Part shown: positions 25,988-38,600 of the stretch, one piece after another
Numbering within the stretch: the first letter of the stretch is position 1
Layout: the number at the start of each line of letters is the position of its first letter
NCBI GenBank assembly: GCA_047495785.1
Contig: JBLDXI010000015.1
Span: 3,038,001-3,102,000, forward strand
Source of the DNA: Lepidodermella squamata
Taxonomy: Eukaryota; Animalia; Gastrotricha
Length of the DNA: 64,000 nt
Direction of reading: 5' to 3'
Notes under the pieces: model-generated
Database searches by the model: none
The model's input: only the letters and a program-made list of their open reading frames with translations
Told to the model about the DNA's origin: nothing
Position numbers and translations under genes: made by a program

Positions 25988-26360
25988 GAGAAGGGTGGAT
26001 CTTGGACCCTACCATCCGCTTCGAAAAAAGCCCAGATCAAGCCCTGGAAGTCGACAAAGAAAAACGGGCACACTACGAGCCTTGCGCAGAATACTTCAAG
26101 GAAAGATACAATCTAACTTCCCTCGAAGTAATCGGTCTCTTCGTTGGAGCCCGTGGTACCATCACCAAGTTCTTCCGCGACTTCGCAAAACGTCTCGAAC
26201 TACCGCAGTCACTCATGTGCGACATCGTCATTTCAACGATAAAAGACTCATGCAAAATCATAAATAATCATTTGTACAGAAAGAATTAAATGTAAATACC
26301 CGTGTCTATAGGCAAACTGTTACTTAGTATCAGTCGGATCATTGTTTTAACAATAAACTA
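25988..26360 (+). mobile_element. 5'-truncated 3' fragment of an RLE-type (R2/NeSL-group) non-LTR retrotransposon
   Basis: GWILDPTIRFE...EKRAHYEP...LEVIGLFVGARGTI...NNHLY resembles the C-terminal restriction-like endonuclease of site-specific non-LTR elements. A short 3' UTR contains aataaa. Confidence 0.7.
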
Positions 26361-26870
26361 CTATGTTATATTTGTATGATATAGCACGAGTAAAGAGTTC
26401 AGATATAAATGATTTACGAGTGCTGTATCAAAAACTTTTGAATTCAGCGACTCGACCTATATTTTTGAGTGCAATTCTATATTTGTATGGTATGACATGA
26501 GTAAAACGTTTATATCTGTAGGTAGCCGCCCGAGATTTACGAGTCGGAACGAGCCGGAGGAGAGTTGCGATGAGTAAATCGAGTGCGGCGAGTTCAGATA
26601 TGAACGATTTACGAATGTTATACCGTAAAATATCGAACAGTCAAAGCTACTCGACCTATATTTCTGGGGACAATTCTATATTTTTAGTAGGCCCTCCGCC
26701 GGGCGGCGCTATCATAGGCGCAATGGATTAGAAGACAAGTAGAAAATTACCGGTGATTTCGTTGAGTCGGTCGTTGGCGTCGTTGAGTCGGTGCACCGGG
26801 TGTCAATGCAGATCAAGGCTCAGCGGGGCTCGAGATTCAAGGCTCAATGCCTGGAAGAGCAGCTCAATCG

Positions 26871-27309
26871 GGGTTATTTTCGAAGCTGTCTTTATGATAA
26901 AGTCGACTCTATCGATGAAGCCAGCTTTATCCGATAAAGTCGAACTAAGCTAATGTCGCCTTAATCATAAAGACGACTAGGTATAGACGACTGAAGTCGC
27001 CCTTAGCTTAAGTCGACTTTATCTGGCAAAAGTACCAGGCGCCAGTTTCAAATTGCTCATCATTAGCTGTGACCTACTTTTTAACAGCCTCTTTTTTTTG
27101 CTATGATTCGTTATACAATTAGGTCAACAAGTGTTGAGAGGTCATAACGCTCGAATTCTTACAAAAATCGACCGTTAAAGTCGACTTTTATCGCCCGTAG
27201 TGCATTTATGTTTGCGATATAAAGCCCCATTTACCACTATAAAGTTGGCTTTATGTTCGAAAACCATACCGGTCGACTTTATCGATAAAGGCTGCTTCGA
27301 AAACAACCC
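26871..27309. mobile_element. MITE with ~35-bp imperfect TIRs (second copy 35463-39483 carries the LINE insertion)
   Basis: gggttattttcgaagctgtctttatgataaagtcgac versus the reverse complement of gtcgactttatcgataaaggctgcttcgaaaacaaccc. Internal aagtcgacttt subrepeats. Confidence 0.65.
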
Positions 27310-28092
27310 TCAATATTAGCTAACTTTCGGAATGGGCAGAGGCAAAAGGCAAATGTTGGCCTGAAGGCTCAGGTCTAGGCTCATGCAGATCTCGCACTTG
27401 TTTGCTTTAACATCCTCTCTTGGCGCCACACCGATTCTCCAGTTGATCTGAGCCCGCTCCGGAGCAAGATAGGGCGCAAGCATAGAGAAAAAACGACCCT
27501 TTTCTCTATGGGCGCAAGTTGCAGCCGGCTCAAGTCTCTAAGCAATCAACGATGATCCTCGGCTCCGATGGATTTTCTGCGGAATCGAACGAGATCCAAC
27601 GACCAAAATGACTCGGCCCGCTCGTTCCCGTGTCTGCAATCCTTCAACCGTAAATTTTCTCGCAATTACGGAATAATAAAATATATGGGTCGTGGGGGAT
27701 CTCTCGCCTCCATTTTCAATACGAGTGCAGTCGTTGTTTTGCTCGGTGCTATTCACGCACACGGCGAAAACCGGGTGACGGGAAAGCAATAGGACATTCG
27801 TTAATATTTTTCGGCGAAAACCGAAAAACAATTGTCAACTGATAAAACAAAGATGATCAGGGAGTTGAAGTTTTGCCTACGTTGCCGCGTATTTTTCTCT
27901 TGCCAAAATCATCCTACGCACTTAAATCGCAAAATAACGTGATGTGCGTCCAAGCGCCTGAATCTACATGTTATTCTCCTACGCCGGAATGAGGCATTGG
28001 CGAGGGCGTTTCGATTCGATATAATGGCAGGTATTCATTCAATTTTTCATTATTTCCGTTTTCCTCATTTGACTAATACTCGATTTTACGAG

Positions 28093-30421
28093 ATGAACAG
28101 ACTGTTTTTGGTGGCAGGTCTCACTGGTAAGCTAATCCGAAGCAATACATATACTCCCTTTCATCCATTACTTTTTTATTCTTCTAGCGCTCTGTTATGC
28201 AGACTTACTAGAATTTCAACACGAGGCTGCGAGGCAAGCAAGTGTTGAGACTTGCGATACCACAGGACTTCCCGATACATTGGACCACTCGAAGCTTCAT
28301 CCGGAATGGTTTGACGTCAAGAGCCAGCACTGCCAGGGCTGTTACTACTGGTCGGCTGTTGCTGCAACTCGTTGCGCCTGGTCGAAGGCCTGGGGCAAAC
28401 CAGCTCCGAAAATCTCCGAGCAGGTTAGCATTCTCCTGAACGACGAGAGTAAAAATATAAGCTTTTCCACAGGCATTGATCGACTGCAATGCGCCAAACT
28501 GTAATGGTACCGGGGGAGCTCCTGAGAACGTGTACGACTTCATGGTCAGGAATGGTGGCACGCCGACTTATGACCAATACCCGATACGCGACTACATGAA
28601 CGAGGGGTTACGAGGGCAATGCAAGTACGACCAGTTTCCCAAGAGTATCCCCTTTCGGAAAGCCCGTACCGATCCGGCGCCATGGAACTCGTGGGGATAC
28701 AAGAGTTTCAGCGGCAAGAGCTTCACATGCACCAAGAAGGTAGAAAAACGGTTCGATATGATTTGATTGAAATAGTTTAGGATTTGCGTTCCTCAAGGCT
28801 ATCAATGATTATGGTTGCCTGACTATGCCGTACTGCAGCACCGCTCCCGGCTCGAATGGATACAAGGGGGGAATCATGGACTGGGGAGTCGGCGGGTGCA
28901 ACAAAATCTACCGAATGGACCACGTCGTGGCGCTTGTTGGTTACGGTGTCGATCAAGCGAGCGGACGGCCGTACTACGTCGGTCTGAACAGCTGGGGGAC
29001 GAATTGGGGAGAAGGAGGTTTCTTCAGAGTCTACGCTGACTCGGTTGCCGTTGGCGTCTCGGCTCCTCTAGTCGAGACACCTGACACCTTAGGAAAGGTG
29101 GTTCCTTACGATCGCGTCAACGACCTAGCGCTATCCAATGCTCAGCTGTTTATTGGGGAGGGGACGGCAAAAGCTAGCCAATGCCCTTGGTCTAATTTCC
29201 GGTATTTCTAAGCTTTAAATTGTGTTAGCATTCTAGCTATATTTGATTTCAGCACCCTGACCGAAGTCTATAGCTGTTATATAACAGCTAGCGGTCTCGG
29301 CGACTTCGCTACTACTGCTGCTGCTAAGCGAGGCAAAACGCTGAATGACGTGGCTGATGCTGTGGCTGGATTCGACTACAACTTCCAAGATTCTAAATGC
29401 AGACCTCAGGAGAAAGTAGCCGCGTGTTCTCCTATTCCAGTCGGCTATGGCTCGCTGTCAAATTATCCCGCGGAGATCAAACCGGATGCTTGCCGTTACG
29501 CCTCGTGCGCTGTTAACGAGTACAAGAAACTAGCAACTACCGACGACTGCAAAACGTTTCAGATGTATTTCGAAATGGCTTCCGAGTTCCAAATCAACAA
29601 GTTCTGTCCTGGAGGAGTTCCATCGTCAGCGCCAGCTCCTGCCCCAGCGCCAGCTCCAGCCCCTGCACCTGCACCTGCTCCAGCTCCAGCTCCAGCACCT
29701 GCTCCAGCACCCGCGCCCGCCCCAGCTCCTGCTCCTGCGCCAGCTCCCGCCCCTGCTCCTGCTCCTGCTCCAGCCCCCGCCCCAGCTCCAGTACCAACCG
29801 GACCTATTCCGGACTGGTATGCTGATAGCTACTTCATGCTATACCGCGCTTTCTGGGGATCTTTGGTGTATCCTGGTGATGAACCGTCACTGGCAGACTG
29901 CAAACAGAAATGCTGGGTTGCTTACTTGTACAGCGGATCAGATTCCACTAACAGGTTTGTGTCTGAGCTCATCCAAATTTTCTAGTTTCAGTGATTTAAA
30001 TTGCAGAGACGAGTACACTTATACGCTGTGCGGAAATCAATGCGTTCCAGCTAAAGTTGCGAATGTCACCGCGATTGCTACTAAAAATGGCTTGTCATAC
30101 CAGGATCTAATCAGAGCAGACAGCAGTTTCCGAACCGCACGATTCTACGGAGGTGCTTCTAACACTTGTTACCAGGGGCAAGTTAGCGGTGTCGCTCAAT
30201 GCCCAGCTCCGCCTGCTTCAGCATCGTCTATTGACCTGAGATACTTCCTGTCGTATTCTAGCTCCTTCAAGACTGAAATTTCCCAGACCTGTGCCCATCT
30301 CAAGTGCGCCATTCCGGTTTACAAGAGCATGACGGGACCGGCGGCTTGCATGAGTTCAAAGCCGATCCTGTGGATCAGCCACCAGTGGTTCTTGGATACA
30401 CTTGGTTCTCTCTGCCAGTGA
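28093..30421 (+). CDS. Secreted papain-family (C1A) cysteine protease lacking the I29 prodomain, with two C-terminal Cys-rich domains linked by (AP)27, copy 1; exons 28093-28126, 28188-28423, 28473-28739, 28798-29201, 29253-29954, 30007-30421
   Basis: LPDTLDH (equivalent to LPxSxDW), KSQHCQGCYYWS (oxyanion Gln and catalytic Cys), SEQALIDC, DHVVALVGYG (His) and LNSWGTNWGEGGF (Asn). Five frame-consistent GT-AG introns. Confidence 0.9.
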
Positions 30422-30530
30422 TTGTGCGTTGTGAGATGTAATGCTGAAAATGCAATTGAGAGAGTTGAAGAGATGAAGAAGAGTAAATTATGATTGCAGT
30501 ATTTATCTGTAGACTTGAAGTGTGTAACTC

Positions 30531-32043
30531 AAATAGCACAACTACGGGGCCGCTACGGTAGCGCTACGGCGACTGCTATTTCAGCTACCTGAAAACAAGT
30601 CAAAAGGTGAAAAACACAGTTAGGATACAAATTTTTGAAAAATCAGCATGTAGCCAGCTGAATGGCATAGGCTCAATGTATATCGGTTGAATCACGAGTG
30701 ATAGGTGCGCTCAATACTGATTGCAGCGATATGCTTACAAAGACGAGTCTTTTATAAAGATTTGGACAATCCGCGATACGTTTGGGAGTCTTCGGAACCC
30801 GTGAAATTGTGCTGGAACCCAACTCTAAAATCAGCCTAGAATGCTATGTTAAGGCGAACTTTGGGAACCCAGGTTGACCAGGTGATTGATGACGGGCGGG
30901 TTCCAGCATATCCATCTGATCAGTGCCGGGGCCCTAGGCGATCCCCATCATCGGGGGCCCCTATACATTTGGTTGTTAAAATTGAATGACTAAATTTACC
31001 ACCTGAGAGCTTGGCCAAATTGGACCACTTTCGCAGGGTTTTTAATTGAAAAATTTGCCGCGGCTTTGGTGGAGATTACGTGCAATTTGAACCGAATAAT
31101 TCGAGAGAAGCGAGCAAATTTCGGAATATTTTCAATAAAAATTGGTCCCCAAACCCTCTTAAAAATGGCTAAAATACTAATTTCCCTAACCCTTAATCTT
31201 GAAATTTATCTGCCAACTTTAAAATTTCGGTTTTCACACTGGTAACATGCAGGAAAATATATCTAACTCTTATATCAACAGTGACATATCGTTAAGTTCA
31301 GGGCTTGATTCACTCATTATATAATGCAATGCCTCCTGTACACAATACTGCCCAGATTTGGTCGGGGAGAGTTTGAACCGATCTGAAGAAAGTAGACAAG
31401 TGCGAGCGTAGCGAGCAAATTTGTAGAAAATTGTTGTCCAAAGGCTCTGTCCGAAGCCTCAAAAATTGATCATTAAAGCCGGTTTCACAAATCAAAAGGG
31501 TCCCCCTGTGGAATTTTCCAACTAGATTCAGAAAATATGGGGGCCCTTGGGGCATAAGGGTCTTAGGGGCCCGAAAATCGGGGGGCCCTAAGGCAATTGC
31601 CTTGTTTGCCTAATGGAAAATCCGCACTGCATCTGCGATAGCTGGGATCCCAGGGAACCCGTTGGCATTGGTCAGTTCGAACCGAAACAAATTTATTATT
31701 TTCTTTTCCGCCTTGTTACTGTCGACCTCCAGGTAGTTATTGAATACATCTTTTCACGGTTATACATACTTTTAAACGTTTTCAAGAGCGAGACTGTTAT
31801 CTGAAGCTTTCACCTGATTCTTCATTGATTTTAACGGGACCTTTTATCACCGGTATTAAGCTTATTGGCCAATCCGTTTCCCTAATTGGTGATATGATGT
31901 TTTGTTAGATTTCATAAATTTGAAGTCAGGGGGGAGTTTTCAAAAAGTTGCGGAATCGCTACGGCGCCGTAGATGACCGGCGGTACCGGCACCGTAGTTG
32001 CGCCGTAGTTGACCGTGCCGGCATTACGGTGCGAGTGCTATTT
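30531..32043. mobile_element. Putative non-autonomous DNA transposon with short TIRs and caactacgg subterminal repeats, containing a nested hAT-like element
   Basis: Termini aaatagcac...gtgctattt, with ctacgg/ccgtag repeats at both ends. Absent at the equivalent position of duplication copy 2. Confidence 0.5.
30921..31629. mobile_element. Non-autonomous hAT-like element
   Basis: CAGTGC...GCACTG termini, gggccc-rich subterminal motifs, and imperfect 8-bp flanking repeats catctgat/catctgcg. Confidence 0.6.
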
Positions 32044-32701
32044 TTTCGCCGCCTGGCTATTATTCGAGGCGGGCTATTCTCCACCCAATTTTCTTTTCCA
32101 CTTTTCTTTTATTATCAGCGGCCACCCGTTCACGTGATCCGATTTATATTGCCAATGAGTATTTTGATGATCTTAATTGGCAGTTTCATGTTTTTCAAGA
32201 CTTGAGGAATCATATCTGTCAATCGAAGGCGGGCCGCTGACTTCTAAAAAATACACTGAAAATAGAAGTTGCTGGCCCACTTGTCAGCGACCTACCTTGC
32301 TCGATTTGCCATGACGTGACCATCACAAATGTATCTTTGTTTTGTAGTTACGATCTGGTAACCGATGGTATGCGTCTTTAAAGTTGAAAGAAAACACGTA
32401 TTGTGGCCATAAAGGATCATTGGAACGACTTAAATTGGTGATGTCGAATAAAATATTCGGGTGAGAGTTTTAGGTTCTTCAGGTTCGGCTAATTAATTAG
32501 AAGAACGATTGCAATTTGATTTAACATTTATTGAGATTTTGAATTGTTCTCAGTTGAAAATAGGTCAGAGATTTATACTGCAATATCGCCAATACCTAGA
32601 TCGCCGCATTTTCGAATGCTACCAACTTCGTAAACTTTGTGTGATCCTACTATTGACCCACGATGTGGCTTCGAATCTACTCTAAGCGATTCTACTCTAA
32701 G

Positions 32702-33263
32702 CGGAAATATGTAAAAAGTGGGGTTTGGCGTATTTTTCGTATTTTCAAGCAAATGGCAAAACGTATGTTGACTTGAAGAGGGACGATTCTTGGATTCCTA
32801 GATGTCTTTACTCAGTTTTTCTTGAGGATTTCGAATTTTCAAATTTCAGACCTCTAGGAGGCTCCCATCCGCCTTAAAATACGGAAAACCCCAGCGCAGC
32901 CCTGAAAAGTGTTATTGATTCAGGTTGTCGTAGAGACACCATCTTAATCCCAACAAAATATAGCGAGATTCCTCACCTCAGATTACCCTTAGAAACGTCA
33001 ACTGTGCATAAGAAAGTAATATCAGAATTTATTGCGTGGGGAATTTTTAAATGATGCAATAAAAAACTAAATTTTTAAGCCCGCATTTTTTGAAATTTGC
33101 ATTTTTTCGCTCGTATACTTTCAAGCCCATTATCTCACAAACCCTGATGAATATCAACCCCTTTCTTATACCGTTCGACTCCTCGTTAATAGATCTTGAG
33201 AGTGGCATCAAAATCTCACTATGTCAAAAATTTCGCCAAACCCCACTTTTCACTTATTTTCGG
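32702..33263. mobile_element. MITE with ~30-bp TIRs
   Basis: aaaagtggggtttggcg at ~32714 and cgccaaaccccactttt at ~33234. Confidence 0.6.
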
Positions 33264-33275
33264 TCAATTCAAAAT

Positions 33276-34070
33276 TCAACCATCTGTGATATTTTTCAAT
33301 TTCGTACGCCACTCAATTCTATTCTGAGCTGATACAGCGGCGTCTTCCCTTTTCTCAATATTAATTTTCTTCAACTGCCTTTTCGGGCAGTCTGAGTAGC
33401 GCAGTTTGGGACGGCCCCGGGGTCTTTGCCACGAATCGTCTGAGGGGTTCCAATACCTGACCTGTTTCAATAGCGAGTCTCTGCGCTCTACATGTCCGTA
33501 CCATCATAATTGATTCCTAGCGACCTTTGTTGATATTTTTTGCGCATTACATTTTTTCCTAATTGTTTCACTTCGGATCCTATTAGCCAGCCTAATTCCG
33601 GTAATGTTCCTGAGCCATTTCATCTGGCAGACATCTAGCCTTCTTTCTTCTTCACGAGTCATCGCCCATCCTTCGGACCCGAACATCACGGTTGGTACGA
33701 TCACGCCGTCTAGGCATTTCATTTTTGCTTCGATTTTTAAGCTTGTATTGCTGAAAATATATTTTATCATAGCTCCGAATGATTCATTAGCCTTTTCTAT
33801 TCGATTTCTAATATCAGCGTTGCAACTACCGTCGGATGTTAGCGTACTACCTAAATACAGTACTTTTTGAATAAACCGGACAAAGAGCGCGCCACAAAAA
33901 TTCGTCCGCATTATGTGAAGTCCGGATAAAGCAATGCATTTTATATGTGGAGTCCACGGCACGAGCCACCTGGATCCGTCCGAATTAGGCAAAGTCCGGC
34001 CTATGCAAGTCCGGACAAGACAAAAAGTACTGTATGTAAAATTTTGATCATTTGATATTTTGATCATAAT
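33276..34070 (-). mobile_element. Decayed 3' fragment of an RTE-clade non-LTR retrotransposon
   Basis: NFT-YLGS, DIRNRIEKA, VPTVMFGSEGW, L*WYGHVERR and RPRGRPKLRY motifs. It has an in-frame stop at 33504 and is interrupted by a MITE. Confidence 0.85.
33858..34032. mobile_element. Tc1/mariner-type MITE inserted into the RTE fragment
   Basis: TA|cagtactttttg...caaaaagtactg|TA, with internal ccggac repeats. Removing it restores the FTYLGS motif. Confidence 0.8.
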
Positions 34071-34944
34071 AGAGAAGAATAACTACAAAATAGGTAGTAA
34101 GGGCTTTCTTAGCATTTTCAGGATTTGGGGGCTGAATAGTAGAAAAATTGGCTCATCTAGCCCATAATTCCTTAATATCATGCATTTTTCGTGATGATAA
34201 CTGCATGGGTTTGCATGAAATGTTGCTCCGGGAATGGGAAACTAAGAAATTTTGCCCATTGAAACGCAGACTCTGGTCATGTCTCAACAAGACTATCGGG
34301 AGAGACAGAAAAGTATCGCATCATCCTAGACTACGCTCGAAAGGAATAAAGATGAAATAAGGAAAAAGAGGATAAATTTGGTTGATCTCAAGAATTTAGC
34401 CATGATAAAGGAGAAATTGTCTGAAGAGTTTGTGCGTAGTACGCAGTATTGTAGGCGTTGCAACCGCTCGGTATCGGATGCGGCGCAAGATGCTATTAGC
34501 TCATACCAGTACCAAGTATTTTATTACAAACGGCATGAAAGTACTGCGTATCGAGGTCTCTTACCTCGCAACTCGAACGACATTCGATTCGATATCGTGA
34601 TATATCGAAAATCGAACGACCTTGCCACACCCTCTGCACGGTTTCCATTAACCGCGGGCGTAAACTCCACATTAATGGTGGTAAATTACAGTGGCAAAAA
34701 ACACTTGTAGCAAAAAATCTTATGGATCTTATGGTAGGTATAGTGACAAACCACTCTTTTATAGAGACAAAAATGGAAAGAGACGCCGGATGTAAAATAG
34801 AGACAAATTGATCTGCGATAGTGATCTTCCATATCCCATAGTGACAAAAACATTTCGAGCCGTTGAATCGCCTATTCCGATGCTAGCTCGCTAATAGCAT
34901 CTCGAGGTGGTGGATTTTTCTCTGTACGTCACCACCCATATAGG

Positions 34945-35160
34945 GGTCGCGGGGGATCTCTCGCCTCCATTTTCAATACGAGTGCAGTCGTTGTTTTGCT
35001 CGGTGCTATTCACGCACACGGCCGAAACCGGGTGAATGACGAGCTATAGGACATACGTTAATATTTTTCGGCGAAAACCGAAAAACAATTGTCATCTGAT
35101 AAAACAAAGATGATCAGGGAGTTGAAGTTTTGCCTACGTTGCCGCGTATTTTTCTCTTGC
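34945..35160 (+). repeat. Third copy of a ~215-bp segment (also at 27687-27903 and 39869-40086) at the duplication junction
   Basis: gggatctctcgcctccattttcaatacgagtgc...gcgtatttttctcttgc, joined to the start of copy 2 through ttgc microhomology. Confidence 0.8.
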
Positions 35161-35670
35161 GATGAGTAAATCGAGTGCGGCGAGTTCAGATATGAACGAT
35201 TTACGAATGTTATACCGTAAAATATCGAACTGTCAAAGCTACTCGACCTATATTTCTGGGGACAATTCTATATTTTTAGTAGGCCCTCCGCCGGGCGGCG
35301 CCATCATAGGCGCAATGGATTAGAAGACAAATAGAAAATTACCGGTGATTTCGTTGAGTCGGTCGTTGGCGTCGTTGAGTCGGTGCACCGGGTGTCAATG
35401 CAGATCAAGGCTCAGCGGGGCTCGAGATTCAAGGCTCAATGCCTGGAAGAGCAGCTCAATCGGGGTTATTTTCGAAGCTGTCTTTATGATAAAGTCGACT
35501 CTATCGATGAAGCCAGCTTTATCCGATAAAGTCGAACTAAGCTAATGTCGCCTTAATCATAAAGACGACTAGGTATAGACGGCTGAAGTCGCCCTTATAG
35601 CTTAAGTCGACTTTATCTGGCAAAAGTACCAGGCGCCAGTTTCAAATTGCTCATATTTAGCTGTGACCTA

Positions 35671-38600
35671 TTTATTTAATTTATTTAAAGAGCCATAACG
35701 CCCAGAAGAGGACAGCTCAGACAAGTGATCAATAGAAAAGTAAAGACAACAACAAAATTGAAAATCGAAATAGCATAAATAGTAGACTGATCGGGATCAC
35801 TATCGAAATCAATGCAATGATCAACATAACATGAAAAATATGAAAATATATGAATATTCAACAATCAGAGCAGAGCGGCATTAATGTTGTAGTAGTGTAG
35901 ATAAGCCGCTTGGCGACACGCCTTCGCTGACTCCGCTTCGTAAACGCTCGAAGGCATTTGATTCCACAAGTGCGGGCCACGGTACGACATGCTTAGTTGG
36001 CCTCGCTCGGATGTGTAGGTCGGTTTTAACATGGGTTCGAAATTACGGCAGCTGTAGCCGTGGCTGCGATCGTTCAGCTTAAACATCAACGTGAATTCAT
36101 CCGGCGCCATCTTGTTCAGGCTCTTCCACATGAATGTACATAGGTGCATCGCATGCTTCTGGCCGACTGTTAGCCACCCAAGTCGATGCCGCAGCGGGGC
36201 CGGATCCGCCAATGGATGAGCGCCGTATATGATTTTGATAGCTCGATCCTGCGACGATTGCAGTTTGTCGCGAGTCGATTTTGAGGCCTGTCCGAGGGTG
36301 AGGTCGCCATAATTCAGATGGCTGACGACGAGGCCATTTGTCATCATAACAGCAGTTTTGCGATCGATTCCAGCGTTGACAGCTTGTTTGAGAGCAAACA
36401 GGCCTTTTCGGGCTTTGCCTTTGGCCATCTCGACGTGCTCATCGAATTGTAGCTTGTTGTCAATTTTGAAACCAAGGGTATCCATGATTTCTGACGGCTT
36501 TATCGCAACTCCTCCGATTGTGACCTTGAAATCGGGCGCTGTCGAGAGGTGTGGTTTGAGAAGCATGAATTGCGATTTTTTCCCATTTACTGCGAGGCTG
36601 TTCTGTTTTAGCCATGCGCATACCCTGTCAAGTTCCAGTTGCAGAACTGAGTGGAGTTCGTTGATGTTCTTCGATCCGTAAAAAATTGTAATGTCGTCGG
36701 CGTATTGTGCTATACCGCATCTCCTTAAAATCAAAGGCAGGTCGTTTACATAAATTGTAAACATGAGTGGCCCAAGGACCGATCCTTGTGGCACACCGCA
36801 ATCAATTGACTCGAACGGGGATGCTTCGCCGTTGATTTTCGTGGTTTGGCGGCGATTGCTCAAGTAGTTTATCAATAGGCGAATTGACTTTTCCGTTACA
36901 CCAGCGGATCGGAGAGATTCGATAATCCCATCGTGGTGGAGCGTGTCGAAGGCTTTGGATAAGTCGATCGACACGGCTCCAACCACGTTTCCTTTGTCAA
37001 GTAGATGTCGCCAGCGTTCGGTGAACGATGCCACGCAGGTGTCAGTCGAATGGTATTGACGAAATCCGTGTTGTGCCGGTGTTAAGAATTTGATCGCTCG
37101 CAAATGATCTTTCAGCTGTGTTGCCAGGCAACGCTCGAACGTACGAGCTAGCGGTGAAGTGATCGAAATCGGCCTAAAATTCCCAACCTCAGCCTTTGAT
37201 CCGGACTTATGCAGCGGTGTGACAATAGCCGTTTTCCAATCACTGATGAAGACACCATCTCGAATGGCCAAGTTGAAGAGCGCTGTGAGATGCCGAGCAA
37301 TTGAAGGCTTTGCCATCTTCACGATGCACTCGGGAATGCCGTCGAACCCGGTCGTAGCCTTGTAACTCAGTTTGTCGATCGCTTTTTCGACATCGGTGAC
37401 CGAGACAGGTCGAAACGTAAACGGCGTTGAGCTTCGTTTACGTCTTGCGAAGTTCAGACAGCCTCCGAGACTTTCGGCCACGATTTTTCCTGCTTGTGAG
37501 AAGAACAGATTAAAATTGGTGGCCTTTTGCAATGACTCATCTCTTGATAGCTGTGTCCAGACGTTGCGATTTCGCTTTTTAGCTTGTTCTTTGTCGATCA
37601 ACGGGGCCACTTCGTCCATCACTGCTAGAAGCCGGAGTTTGATTTGAGACCAGAAAGTTTCGCAATCGTCCGACTCGTTGACCGTCGCAAGTTTCTCCTG
37701 TAGTAGTTGATTGAGTCGTTCAGTATCAACACTGTTGTAGTCGCGAAATTTTGAATTTGTCGGGGGTTTTGATTTTTCCTCGCCGTCGTTATCAAGAACC
37801 AACGATGTCGCGTAGTGGTCGCTGAGACCCATGATCGTGCCAGTTTGCGCTATTTCGGCCTGAGGAATGTTGGTCCAGAAGTGATCTAGGCATTTCTCAG
37901 ACGCGGGTCGGGTTACTAGTTGGGTGTAGGCTGGTCGTAGATCGAAGTCAGCAAACACTTTAGTCATCGCGCTAGCAACATTTACGTCACGTAGGTTCCA
38001 GTTGAAGTCTCCGCCGATGATCTGGTAGTCAGCCGTGATGTCTTTGCAGAGAAGAAGAAATTCCTCTAAATCGTCAGCATCGTTGTTATTGAACTCGTCG
38101 CTGGAACCCTTGGGTCGCCTGTAGATCGAGGTCATAGAAAGAATTTTCCCGGATGGTAGTGTTACAACGCATTGATAATTTTCAAAGACTTTCGATGACA
38201 GCGATCGTTCGACAACCACCGCGTGTGTTTTGTAGACCAGTAAGCCGACGCCTCCACCACCCGAATGCGATCGACCTTTCCAAAAACATTCGTAGCCGAA
38301 ATATGGGTCCTCAGGAACGCTGAAGTTCTCTGCAAATGCGTCGTCAACATATTTTGGCATGCAGCCATCAAGCACTTTGACCTCGCCAAGAAAGATTGCT
38401 GTTGGACGGACTACTTCCGCAAACTCTGCTAGGTTCGGAAGCTTGTCTTTTGTTAATAAGCCATTGAGATTTGCTTGCACGAAGCAGTGCAGGTTCGGAG
38501 CAAAGCGCGATCCAACTAGTTCCTGGTGATCCATTGTTGGCGGTACCAGTTGAGCTGGTTGAGTCGGTCCCGGGTTCGGTGACAGTCCCGAGATTAGCAA

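Larger units (their letters stand above)
26565..30527 (+). repeat. Segmental duplication copy 1 (copy 2 is 35157-~42710, interrupted by a LINE)
   Basis: Near-identical sequence from ttgcgatgagtaaatcgag to just past the protease stop codon. The gene-to-gene offset is 12183 bp. Confidence 0.92.

Noticed and set aside
25988-26360. RLE retrotransposon fragment as a U2-targeting Utopia element
   Set aside because: It lies 2.6 kb from U2, is not flanked by U2 sequence, and the U2 gene is uninterrupted.
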